A stretch of DNA of 64,000 nucleotides, taken from positions 32,001 through 96,000 of the IMG/VR virus record IMGVR_UViG_3300025030_000053; one strand, 5' to 3'. How positions within the stretch are numbered: the stretch's first letter is position 1; each line of letters opens with the position of its first letter. A program made the translations under genes and the position numbers. This DNA comes from a virus. Below, one piece after another: positions 19,364 to 27,783 of the stretch. Below the pieces are notes generated by a model, which had not been told where the DNA came from, searched no databases, and worked only from the letters and a program-made list of their open reading frames with translations.

Positions 19364-20507
19364 CTTCGTCTTTCGCCAGTGTCAATATCAAATATCTCCA
19401 ATTGTCAGTTTCAAACATTACAAATAAATTCACAGATTGAATTCCAGATGGTGGTGTGATCAGACTAAATTTTACTTCCATCTCATCATATATTTTAATT
19501 CCTTCTATGATTCTGTGGAATGGGATAATTACTTTTAGATTTTCATCTTTCAATATTTCTACATCATCACAATTGATGACATCTTCCACCGAAGTTTTAG
19601 ATCCAACTGACTTGAATGCTAAATGATCTTTTTCCATAGAAAGCATCATTCTTTTCTTCAATCTATCTTCACTTCGAGTCAAAGCATCAGAAAGAGAAAG
19701 TTTATCAGTTATTTCTTTCAATGATATTGTAGCAGATGCAACCACCTCATCTGTAAAAAATACATCAAGATTGGGGAATTTTTCTCCATCTGACTCTTGG
19801 GCGCCGACATATACAAAATTGTCTTCACTTGAAAACTCCATCAGTTTGTCATCGCATCTTATTTTGACCTCGGCACCATAAGGCAACGACATAAGGTTGT
19901 CTAAACATTGTTTCGGAATGAAGCAAACAATCTCATCAAAATCACATTTGACATCAAAGTCTGTTTGAAACTTAGAAATTCTTCCAGTGTCTGTTGAATA
20001 TGTTTTCAACGATTTGTTGTCAATTGACAATCTGACACTTGTGATTGGAGATTTGTTTTTTGATGGATGAACCGAAAATGATGTTTTTTGAAGAGATTCA
20101 AGAAAATCAACAGAATTAATCTCCGCACCTTTTTCGCACATAGATGATGTATCTGGAATTTTTGGACAATGAAGGTTGTATCTACTAAATGAATATCTCC
20201 CTTTTTCTCCAGAAATACCGCACACAATTTTATCATCTTTGACAACAAATAAAATTGTATCTGATCGTATATTAGAAATAAATGCCTGAATTTCATTATA
20301 TGGCAAACACAGGATAATCTCATTGTCAGTTTTAGCTTTGTCTAGTGGATTAATCTGGCAAAAATTATTTCCATCACTAGCTACGAACTTGACTTGTCCG
20401 TCAGCAGAGATTTGCATCCAAAATACCTTGCTTTCAGATGCCCCAACAATTTTAGCAAGAGCAGATAAAGCCTCAGATATTGGGTCTTTTTCATAAGAGA
20501 ATTTCAT
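19350..20507 (-). CDS. dnaN: DNA polymerase III beta sliding clamp
   Basis: 385 aa, three-domain size. ASDG, STDTGRIS, FIPK..L, FPN, C-terminal YLILTL. Confidence 0.85.
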   Translation of the reverse strand: MKFSYEKDPISEALSALAKIVGASESKVFWMQISADGQVKFVASDGNNFCQINPLDKAKTDNEIILCLPYNEIQAFISNIRSDTILFVVKDDKIVCGISGEKGRYSFSRYNLHCPKIPDTSSMCEKGAEINSVDFLESLQKTSFSVHPSKNKSPITSVRLSIDNKSLKTYSTDTGRISKFQTDFDVKCDFDEIVCFIPKQCLDNLMSLPYGAEVKIRCDDKLMEFSSEDNFVYVGAQESDGEKFPNLDVFFTDEVVASATISLKEITDKLSLSDALTRSEDRLKKRMMLSMEKDHLAFKSVGSKTSVEDVINCDDVEILKDENLKVIIPFHRIIEGIKIYDEMEVKFSLITPPSGIQSVNLFVMFETDNWRYLILTLAKDEDESN

Positions 20508-20518
20508 TTCATTTTCCT

Positions 20519-21382
20519 TTATTGTCTTTTTTTAGAACGATATATAATCGTAGATATAGATGTCGGATCAATTTCACTAAAAATTTTACTTGCTTTTTTT
20601 CTAATTCTTCCAAGACTATTATCAACACATTTTACGGATATTTCAAGTTTTTCTGCAATTTCTCTGTATGGGTCGCCACGGTCATACCCATCGAGCACCG
20701 CGCATTCCAATTGCGTCAATTCTGAGTCTAAAAAGTGTCTAATTTTATATTTTTCTTCATTTTCTATAATCATTTGCAATGGATCCATATCAGAAGATTC
20801 TATTAGATCGCCAATAGTTTGAGAAGAATTTTCTTCCTGGCTGGATACTACTTGAACGTCAAGAGATGTAGCAGTATTTAATGGAATAGATTTTTGTCTT
20901 TTTATAGACCTATCAAGTTGAGTTAATATTCCTCTTTTGACACATAATCTTATTGCGAAATTTTCAAACGAAATATTTTTGTCATATAAATAGTCTCTTG
21001 CCGCATTATATAATATTATTCTTGATTCCTGAAATAAATCTTCTTGATCTTTACCTTGAACATAATATTTTTTGCAGATAGATTTGATGTATTGCTCCAT
21101 ATATTTTATTAATTGATCAAATGAATCTTCATCATATCCTGATATAATTTTTTCTGATTTATATTTTCCAACTATTTTTGATACTACAAATTTATCTTTG
21201 TTGTTTGATTCTTCAAATCTGTGTTTGATATCGGAATCAATAATATATACTATTTTCCGTCCTGATTTATATTCTACGCATAAAACATCATTGACTATTG
21301 AATATTTAGATATTCGAGATCCTTGTTTAATGTTTTCAACAAGTTTCAAAATTTTATCACTGGAATATTTGCGAAATGCCAT
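20519..21382 (-). CDS. sigH: sigma-H (Spo0H)-like RNA polymerase sigma factor
   Basis: EDLFQE..I.LY.A.RDY...SFENFA..LCVKR.I.T......RQK.IPLN...SLD and YREIAEKL..S.K.VDNSL.RIRKK. The RQK.IPLN and K..DN.L.R..K signatures are characteristic of SigH. Confidence 0.85.
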   Translation of the reverse strand: MAFRKYSSDKILKLVENIKQGSRISKYSIVNDVLCVEYKSGRKIVYIIDSDIKHRFEESNNKDKFVVSKIVGKYKSEKIISGYDEDSFDQLIKYMEQYIKSICKKYYVQGKDQEDLFQESRIILYNAARDYLYDKNISFENFAIRLCVKRGILTQLDRSIKRQKSIPLNTATSLDVQVVSSQEENSSQTIGDLIESSDMDPLQMIIENEEKYKIRHFLDSELTQLECAVLDGYDRGDPYREIAEKLEISVKCVDNSLGRIRKKASKIFSEIDPTSISTIIYRSKKRQ

Positions 21383-22489
21383 TCAGTCCTCCAAAAATTC
21401 ATCATCTCTCAAAGCTAATGAGAGATCTATCAAACCATTTGTGAGTACAAGATCCTTGGCAACATTTCTATAATTAATTGCCTCAAACAAGGATATAATA
21501 ACCTTCGAAGCTTTGCGAATCCTCTTTTTCAAAGATTTTTGTGGAATATTTTTCAAAATCGATTCCATTTTAGATATAGAAACTGGATCAACATCTAATT
21601 TTACCCCAGCGATGAACCGAATCAGATTCGACACATCCAAACTCAATTGTTTCAAAACTAAAATCAAATTTTTCCCTTGGGAATTCAGGATGTCGACAAT
21701 GTTGATCAGATATTCTATATTCCCACTTGAAGCCCCTAAAAGAATGTCCAAACTCAAAGCCCTGGGTGTAATTTTCAAAATAGTTTCTACATTATCTACA
21801 TTGATTTCGTCGCTGCATATCTGCTCCAACAACTTTATTGATTTTCTTGGAGAGCCATCAGAGACCATCGCAATCATTTTCAATGCTTCTGCTGAATATT
21901 CAAAATTTTCTTGCTGACATATCTTTTCAAGATTTTCTGTCAATACTTCTTCGGAAACTCTGTCAAATGACCACTCTTGAGCCCGGCAGGAAATTGTGTC
22001 AATGATCTTGTCTACCTCTGTTGTGCAAAGAATGAAAACTACATGATCTGGCGCTTCTTCGAGCGGTTTCAAAAGGGCATTTTGTCCTTGTGATGAAAGA
22101 CAATGTGCCTCATCGAGCAGGAATACTCTGTACTTTCCCAATACTGGCATCAAATGATATTTTTCATCAATCATTCTTCGTACATCATCAATTCCTGTTT
22201 TTTCTGCAACATTGATCTCTTCGACATCCATAGAAGTAGATTGTGCTATTCTCTTGCAGCTTTCGCACGATCCGCAAGGCTCTTGATCATCTGATAAATT
22301 CTGACAATTCAAAGCCATCGCATATAGCCTCGCCAAAGACGTTTTACCAATTCCAGTCCAACCTGTGAATATCAATGTATTTGGAATTCTTTGATATTTG
22401 ATTGAATTTTTCAATGCTTTGACAATGTGTGGTTGAAACATATCGTCAAATTTTTTAGGACGATATTTCAAATCAAGTGGAACGTTCAA
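21383..22489 (-). CDS. dnaX: DNA polymerase III gamma/tau clamp-loader ATPase (gamma-length)
   Basis: KYRP..F, G..GIGKTS, PCG.C..C Zn motif, DEAH, NALLK.LEE, TISCR. Confidence 0.92.
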   Translation of the reverse strand: MNVPLDLKYRPKKFDDMFQPHIVKALKNSIKYQRIPNTLIFTGWTGIGKTSLARLYAMALNCQNLSDDQEPCGSCESCKRIAQSTSMDVEEINVAEKTGIDDVRRMIDEKYHLMPVLGKYRVFLLDEAHCLSSQGQNALLKPLEEAPDHVVFILCTTEVDKIIDTISCRAQEWSFDRVSEEVLTENLEKICQQENFEYSAEALKMIAMVSDGSPRKSIKLLEQICSDEINVDNVETILKITPRALSLDILLGASSGNIEYLINIVDILNSQGKNLILVLKQLSLDVSNLIRFIAGVKLDVDPVSISKMESILKNIPQKSLKKRIRKASKVIISLFEAINYRNVAKDLVLTNGLIDLSLALRDDEFLED

Positions 22490-22500
22490 TTCATTTTCTC

Positions 22501-22743
22501 CTAATTAATCGGATGTTCGTGCATATATTTTGTAATTTTATAGGAATATTCTGGAATATCAAAAATTAATTCTTCAGGTACTCCTATGTCTATCAATCCA
22601 TCTTTGAAAGATTGATTTGCAGAATAATAATCATAATTATTTTTAGATATAAAATATTTAATTAAATATATATCAATCAGGGATTCTCTTCCGGATTGTG
22701 TCGGAAGAGCATTAAGCACGACACTCTTCAAATCACTCATCAT
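22501..22743 (-). CDS. Hypothetical protein
   Basis: AAGGAG SD before MMSDLK, coupled to the upstream stop. Confidence 0.5.
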   Translation of the reverse strand: MMSDLKSVVLNALPTQSGRESLIDIYLIKYFISKNNYDYYSANQSFKDGLIDIGVPEELIFDIPEYSYKITKYMHEHPIN

Positions 22744-22925
22744 TTTCTCCTTTGATTCTCTTCTCTGGCAATGTCTTTGAATTCTTTCCAAGCTCTATCA
22801 CTCAATTCTGGCAGTTTTTCTTTGACTTTATTCAAAAATTTTTTTTCAGATGGGAGGGCTCCCCCGGCATATTTTACTGCTTGCAGCACACCAGATTCAA
22901 GTCCCCAGTCGAAATTCTCTTCCAT
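22740..22925 (-). CDS. Small hypothetical protein
   Basis: GGAGG SD; 61 aa. Confidence 0.55.
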   Translation of the reverse strand: MEENFDWGLESGVLQAVKYAGGALPSEKKFLNKVKEKLPELSDRAWKEFKDIAREENQRRK

Positions 22926-22957
22926 AATTGCCTCCGAATAGATATTCTACTCAATTA

Positions 22958-23437
22958 TTAAGGAATTTTAAATGATGAAAATTTAGTCTCATTTCCGTCA
23001 TTTTTGAAAATAACTATTGCCAAAGGTTGCGGTAATCCATGTGTGGCACTACAAAATTTAGGACGGCCTTCAATAAATCTTACTTCTGACGCCCTCATGC
23101 AATAATTATGCCACCATTTGGTATTTGTTCTGGATGGAATTAACATCACAACGACACAATCTAATCTTCTAGATTCATCATATGATTTTTTGACCCATTT
23201 CTGTAAAGAATGTTTTCCATAATTTCCATAAGGAGGATTCAACCATCCTATTCCAGCCCATGACTGCGACATCGCATCTTTCTTCTCGTCAAAAAATACT
23301 CCACATTTAGAATTATTTTCATCAGCAGCTAAATCTATATCAAATTTAAATTCTTGATCAAGAAGAAAATAAATATTATTAGGAGTTATCCAATCTTGTT
23401 TTTTACTATTGAATCTTCCATTTTTAAAGTCAGCCAT
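22958..23437 (-). CDS. Phage DNA N6-adenine methyltransferase (small Dam family)
   Basis: W.TP, F..DLAA...N.KC, WLNPPY, MLIPSRT.T.WW, GR.KF. Confidence 0.9.
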   Translation of the reverse strand: MADFKNGRFNSKKQDWITPNNIYFLLDQEFKFDIDLAADENNSKCGVFFDEKKDAMSQSWAGIGWLNPPYGNYGKHSLQKWVKKSYDESRRLDCVVVMLIPSRTNTKWWHNYCMRASEVRFIEGRPKFCSATHGLPQPLAIVIFKNDGNETKFSSFKIP

Positions 23438-24565
23438 TCAAATTCCTTTTCTTCCTGTTAATTTCTCTTGTTCCAATGATTTCTCAATTTTTATTTTCGC
23501 CTCATCAATCATTGGCTGGTTTCCCCAAATCCATCTAAAATTTTTGTAAATTTTACCAGAATTACAAGCTGATGTAATTCTGCCACATGCATTCGATGGT
23601 TTTAGTCCTATTTCTTGACCCGCATCTGTCATAGATTTATATTCTTTTTTATTTCCATTTTGATCTATTCTTAGAACAGATTTTTTGTATTGATTTCTTA
23701 ATTTATTAATACCAGGATTCATTGCAAAAAATGCTTTGCAATTTTCCTTTTGAGTCATCCATTCCAAGTTCTCTGCTCGATTGTCATATTTGATGTGATT
23801 GATGTGATTCACGACGAAATCTTCTGGATTGTCAATTGGGTGGAAGGCTTGACAAACGAGACGATGACATTTTATTCTTAAATGTTTTTGAGAAAACATC
23901 ATATATCCATTTTTACATTTAGACCCAAATGTTCTAGATAATTTTTTATTTTCATATCTTCCCATATTAGATATTTTCCATATGTATTCTCTATAAAATA
24001 TTTCTTTCCAAATTTCCCCATCTAAATCTTCATCAATTTTATATTTCCAAATAAATCCATATGCAGTTTTTTCTCGCCCACTAGCGGCGGCAGAAATTAA
24101 GGATACTGCACGTTTTGAATGTGGACGAACTGCCATCGTAGCCTCTTTAATAGAGGAATATTCTTTGATAAATATATAATGAAGATCATATTGCATGACA
24201 CTTCTGATATATTTATCTTTTTTATTTTTAATACTTAATTGTGAATTTTCTCTTTTAGTAGTTATTTTTAAATTATAAAATTCACAATTACTTCTGTTAG
24301 AATCTATATGATGAATAACTAAATTATCATCTTTTATTTGTTCATCAGTATAATTTAAAAAATATTTTGCTACTAAAATATGTGTCTGTTTAAAATAATA
24401 TTTTTTATCAGATCCGTATAGAGAATTTACTATATATCCTAATGAATTTTTGCTTTTGATATGAATATAATTATTGTTATTACTTCTTATATATCCATTA
24501 TTAGAAATAGAATATTTCTCAAATGGATATTCCATATTTTTCCATTCTATTTTTTGCCCTTCCAT
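23438..24565 (-). CDS. Free-standing HNH homing endonuclease with tandem units (paralogue of 6053..7084)
   Basis: Two HNH motifs plus NUMOD-like segments; GGAGG SD before the ATG at 24565. Confidence 0.88.
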   Translation of the reverse strand: MEGQKIEWKNMEYPFEKYSISNNGYIRSNNNNYIHIKSKNSLGYIVNSLYGSDKKYYFKQTHILVAKYFLNYTDEQIKDDNLVIHHIDSNRSNCEFYNLKITTKRENSQLSIKNKKDKYIRSVMQYDLHYIFIKEYSSIKEATMAVRPHSKRAVSLISAAASGREKTAYGFIWKYKIDEDLDGEIWKEIFYREYIWKISNMGRYENKKLSRTFGSKCKNGYMMFSQKHLRIKCHRLVCQAFHPIDNPEDFVVNHINHIKYDNRAENLEWMTQKENCKAFFAMNPGINKLRNQYKKSVLRIDQNGNKKEYKSMTDAGQEIGLKPSNACGRITSACNSGKIYKNFRWIWGNQPMIDEAKIKIEKSLEQEKLTGRKGI

Positions 24566-24737
24566 TAGAATCCTCCAAAAATCGTTCAATTTCGGAGATT
24601 CTATATCTGCGATGCCCACCAGCAGTTCTTAATGCTATAAATTTACCAGAATTATCCCATTTTAATAATGTATCAGGATGTACCCCTAGTAATTTTGCTG
24701 CTTTGCTTACTGATATCAGTATTGAATCATTTTCCAT
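24519..24737 (-). CDS. MerR-type/excisionase-like HTH protein (resembles the IS607 TnpA N-terminus and BldC)
   Basis: [33 protein letters not shown]; no resolvase domain follows. Confidence 0.8.
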   Translation of the reverse strand: MENDSILISVSKAAKLLGVHPDTLLKWDNSGKFIALRTAGGHRRYRISEIERFLEDSNGRAKNRMEKYGISI

Positions 24738-24795
24738 ACTTAATCTCCGTATATATTATACTATGATTTTCAGAGAAATACCTACTTTTAATATT

Positions 24796-25095
24796 TTATA
24801 TTAGAATCCCATCTACAACTTCTTGCCTATAAACTTCTAAATCTTCTATGCCGCCGGGAAAATCTCGATGAATCCTTGGTTCTGCAAGAGGGTCCTTGAT
24901 AGTCATCATCAAACAAACATCTTTTGAGGGAGGATCTTCTGGTTTGTCGTATTGGGTTTTGATTTCTGCACCATTCTTCCAAGTTTGCACTACTGCTGTC
25001 TCCCACGCTTCAGGCAATGTATCTGCCACAACGTGTAGGACTGGCAACGTCAAACCAGGTACGCAAAAATATACTGCTTCATTTTTTGTTTTCAT
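24796..25095 (-). pseudogene. N-terminal fragment of a thymidylate-synthase-like protein
   Basis: PVLHV.A.TLPEAWE..V...W..G..I.TQYD...DPPSKD...DP..EPRIH..FPGG...LEVYRQEVVDGI, recalled as the N-terminus of archaeal-type ThyA-like proteins. Stops before any catalytic motif. Confidence 0.6.
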
Positions 25096-25432
25096 TGTAT
25101 TTTTCTGTCAGCCAAATATCGTGTTCTTGGTCAAATTTTTTACATTTAATTTCATCAGCATATATAGTATGCATCAATGTATCTATAAATTCTGATGACA
25201 TAAGATATTCTTTTAATTCTTCTTCTGTACTCAAATATTTAATATCCATAGATACTATCCAACTTTTACATTTTGGATCGTATTTGGCTATCGCCATTCC
25301 AGGAGCGATTCCACCAGTGAAATATTTATTAATCATTCTAACAATATATTCTCTGCACTTATATGGTTTATTGGTATCAACTAATTTATTATCTTTTCTG
25401 CTCGAAACTCTATATTCTTCAAATACATTCAT
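25079..25432 (-). CDS. Hypothetical protein
   Basis: AGGAG SD; in the minus-strand operon. Confidence 0.6.
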   Translation of the reverse strand: MNVFEEYRVSSRKDNKLVDTNKPYKCREYIVRMINKYFTGGIAPGMAIAKYDPKCKSWIVSMDIKYLSTEEELKEYLMSSEFIDTLMHTIYADEIKCKKFDQEHDIWLTEKYNENKK

Positions 25433-25442
25433 TTCATTTCTC

Positions 25443-25961
25443 CTAATTCTGTTTCAAAAGTTTCACTTTTGGCTGCTCTCTAATTTCCTCAACTTCTTCT
25501 TCCTCCTCAGTTTCCTGTCCTGGAAGAGCCATCTTTTCAGAAACCTCATCTGAAAGCAATTCTGGAAGAACATTCCCAATGTCTGCTTCTAATTCCCAAT
25601 TCCATCCAAGCAACTCAAACACACAGGAATGCCCAACAATGTCTGGTTTTATTTTTGCTATTTGTAGCAATGATTCAAAAACTTTCCATTCTTTCTTCTG
25701 TTTTGACCAGGAATCCCATTTTTCATCCCACACTGCTAAACAAAACAACTTCTTGGTGTGTTTTTGCACCCATTGTTTGGAATTTTTGTCAATATACACA
25801 TCTTGTGAATTTTTCGGTTTATTTCCAGCAATCAACGCACACCATATATCACTAGGATCCACATATTCTTCACCCATAGAACTTCCATATTTTTGAGTGA
25901 TTTCTTCAAGGATGTCAGCCATTTCAGTACATTCGTAAAATTGTCTTTGTTGTCGAGCCAT
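25443..25961 (-). CDS. Phage metallopeptidase-like protein lacking HExxH
   Basis: F.LAV....W..W....K...VFESLLQI....PDI......ELLG..W follows the putative phage metallopeptidase pattern, with FESLLQ in place of HExxH. Confidence 0.45.
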   Translation of the reverse strand: MARQQRQFYECTEMADILEEITQKYGSSMGEEYVDPSDIWCALIAGNKPKNSQDVYIDKNSKQWVQKHTKKLFCLAVWDEKWDSWSKQKKEWKVFESLLQIAKIKPDIVGHSCVFELLGWNWELEADIGNVLPELLSDEVSEKMALPGQETEEEEEVEEIREQPKVKLLKQN

Positions 25962-26027
25962 TTCATTTCCCTTTCGTCAATTCAAAATCTCAATGCTGTT
26001 ATAGATTACTGGGGACTGATGGCAAAA

Positions 26028-26861
26028 TCAAGAGCGTTTTCTTGTTGGATCGCCAACCCGGATGTCGTGCTGTCCTCTGGCTTGCATGACTTTGTTCACG
26101 GATTTGAAAAATCTTTCAAAAATAGGTTTCAAAACATCTCTTTGCCATTCTTTAATTTTTTCATTTAATTCTAATAATCTTTTTTTCTCTGATTGTTCAA
26201 CATATCTTCTACGAACCTGACCATGCTCTTGAAAAGTCTTTTTATAATCAGGACTCAATTCTGACAAGTCTAATAATCTTTTTTGCTGATCTGGACTCAT
26301 TCTGATATGCTCTGCTGAACTTTCCTGAAGTTTCCTTAGCCTATCCAATTTGTCTTGGCGCCCCCGGAGTGGATACAAAGATGATTCTTCCTGTTGTCTT
26401 AGTACATCATCAATTGGTTTTTTCCATTTCCAAATCTGAGCAGTTTTCAAAAATTCATTGAAACTTGAAGATTCTTTATGAATCACTCGTTCCTTTGCAA
26501 AATCTATTGCCTTGTTCTTGTTATGAAGAATATTTCTTATTAATTTTGCATATATCTCTTTTTCATTATTTCTTTCAGTTTTTTTAAACATTTCATAAAG
26601 TCTATCTGTGATAAATTTTAATTCTCTATTGAATTGTGATATTACAGCATCTAAATAAGACTCTGCTCCTTTTCCTTTGACACCACTGATCCCAGAAACA
26701 CCAGAAATCCAATCTTGTCCACCAATATATCCCAGTCCTTCAAGTCCTTTTCTTTTCAACCTTTGAAATAAATTTTGAGCAATCTTTTCCATAAAATCAT
26801 CAGATTGCTCAAAATTGGAATCAAAATCTAATTGTTCAGAAAATATTATATCTTTTTGCAT
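26028..26861 (-). CDS. Hypothetical late protein
   Basis: EKIAQ and LKTAQ motifs. Start probably 26861, 10 nt after the promoter-like GTAGGAATA-N12-AATAAAAT at 26872-26900. Confidence 0.55.
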   Translation of the reverse strand: MQKDIIFSEQLDFDSNFEQSDDFMEKIAQNLFQRLKRKGLEGLGYIGGQDWISGVSGISGVKGKGAESYLDAVISQFNRELKFITDRLYEMFKKTERNNEKEIYAKLIRNILHNKNKAIDFAKERVIHKESSSFNEFLKTAQIWKWKKPIDDVLRQQEESSLYPLRGRQDKLDRLRKLQESSAEHIRMSPDQQKRLLDLSELSPDYKKTFQEHGQVRRRYVEQSEKKRLLELNEKIKEWQRDVLKPIFERFFKSVNKVMQARGQHDIRVGDPTRKRS

Positions 26862-26902
26862 AGCAACTAATATTTTATTTAAATCAAATAATATTCCTAC
26901 AA

Positions 26903-27718
26903 TTAATCCAAAATTTTCCAAAGAATATCAACAGATTTAACCAGCAACAATCTGGCTACTTCTTCCCCAGCACTTATCTGCTGGGTTGTCGTCCCAGATC
27001 CTTTACCAAAATGATAGACATGTACAACCAATTCTTCATCATCACTGGACAGCACCAATTGTGGAGCGCTGACTATTGTAATGTTCTTGTCTTTTACAAT
27101 ACGTGGATTTGGTACTACCATTCCTACATATCCATCAGGAATTCTAACAGACAATCCGGTTGAGACAACTGAAGAAACTCCAGGACGAAGCATCACATTA
27201 ATCACAGATTTCAAAGAAACTACCCCAGAATCAATTTGCGGATAAACTGATAAAGGATCTAAAAGTAATATTTCACCAAAATGCTGACTTGAATCTGTTT
27301 TATTATCCAAAGATGCTTGTGATGGTTTAGTTTCTATTTCAACATTATTTTTTGTCATATTTATATCCTCTCTGAGATACGCCTTTCCATATTTCTTTTC
27401 CCAATACGGTTTCAAAATTGCGGAAACTTTGCTCATGCGAAATTGAGTCAGTATGGCTACTGAAGCCATATCATGATCAAAACTTTCACCTTGGGAATGA
27501 TCGTTAAAAACTTGCAGCATATTATGCTGATCAGTTTGTCTTATTTCTCTATCTCTTGATTTATATATTTCTTTACCACTATCATCTTTCTTGCGAAGAT
27601 GGTATCTGACGCTCTCATCTGAGCCTAATTCGAAAAATTCTGCAATTTCTGAAATAGTTTTCTCTTGAACATAATATTTGATCAACAAATCAGATTTTTG
27701 TATTTTTGATTTTGACAT
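26903..27718 (-). CDS. HTH fused to a degenerate trimeric dUTPase domain
   Basis: N-terminal TISEIAEFFELGSDESVRYHL. C-terminal L.PG....V.TGL...IPDGY.G.V.P dUTPase scaffold with the catalytic motifs substituted. Confidence 0.7.
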   Translation of the reverse strand: MSKSKIQKSDLLIKYYVQEKTISEIAEFFELGSDESVRYHLRKKDDSGKEIYKSRDREIRQTDQHNMLQVFNDHSQGESFDHDMASVAILTQFRMSKVSAILKPYWEKKYGKAYLREDINMTKNNVEIETKPSQASLDNKTDSSQHFGEILLLDPLSVYPQIDSGVVSLKSVINVMLRPGVSSVVSTGLSVRIPDGYVGMVVPNPRIVKDKNITIVSAPQLVLSSDDEELVVHVYHFGKGSGTTTQQISAGEEVARLLLVKSVDILWKILD

Positions 27719-27783
27719 TTCATATCCTCCAGACTTAATTATATTATATAGAATATATGACTACTTTTACTATTTTGACTATT

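Noticed and set aside
24519-24619. Programmed frameshift fusing the HTH to the HNH
   Set aside because: The HNH has its own GGAGG SD and ATG at 24565, so independent initiation explains the overlap.
24519-24737. IS607 element
   Set aside because: Only the HTH is present; no serine-recombinase domain or TnpB follows.
23438-24800. Group I intron interrupting the thyA-like gene
   Set aside because: There is no non-coding space for a ribozyme core, and I saw no downstream exon with TS catalytic motifs.
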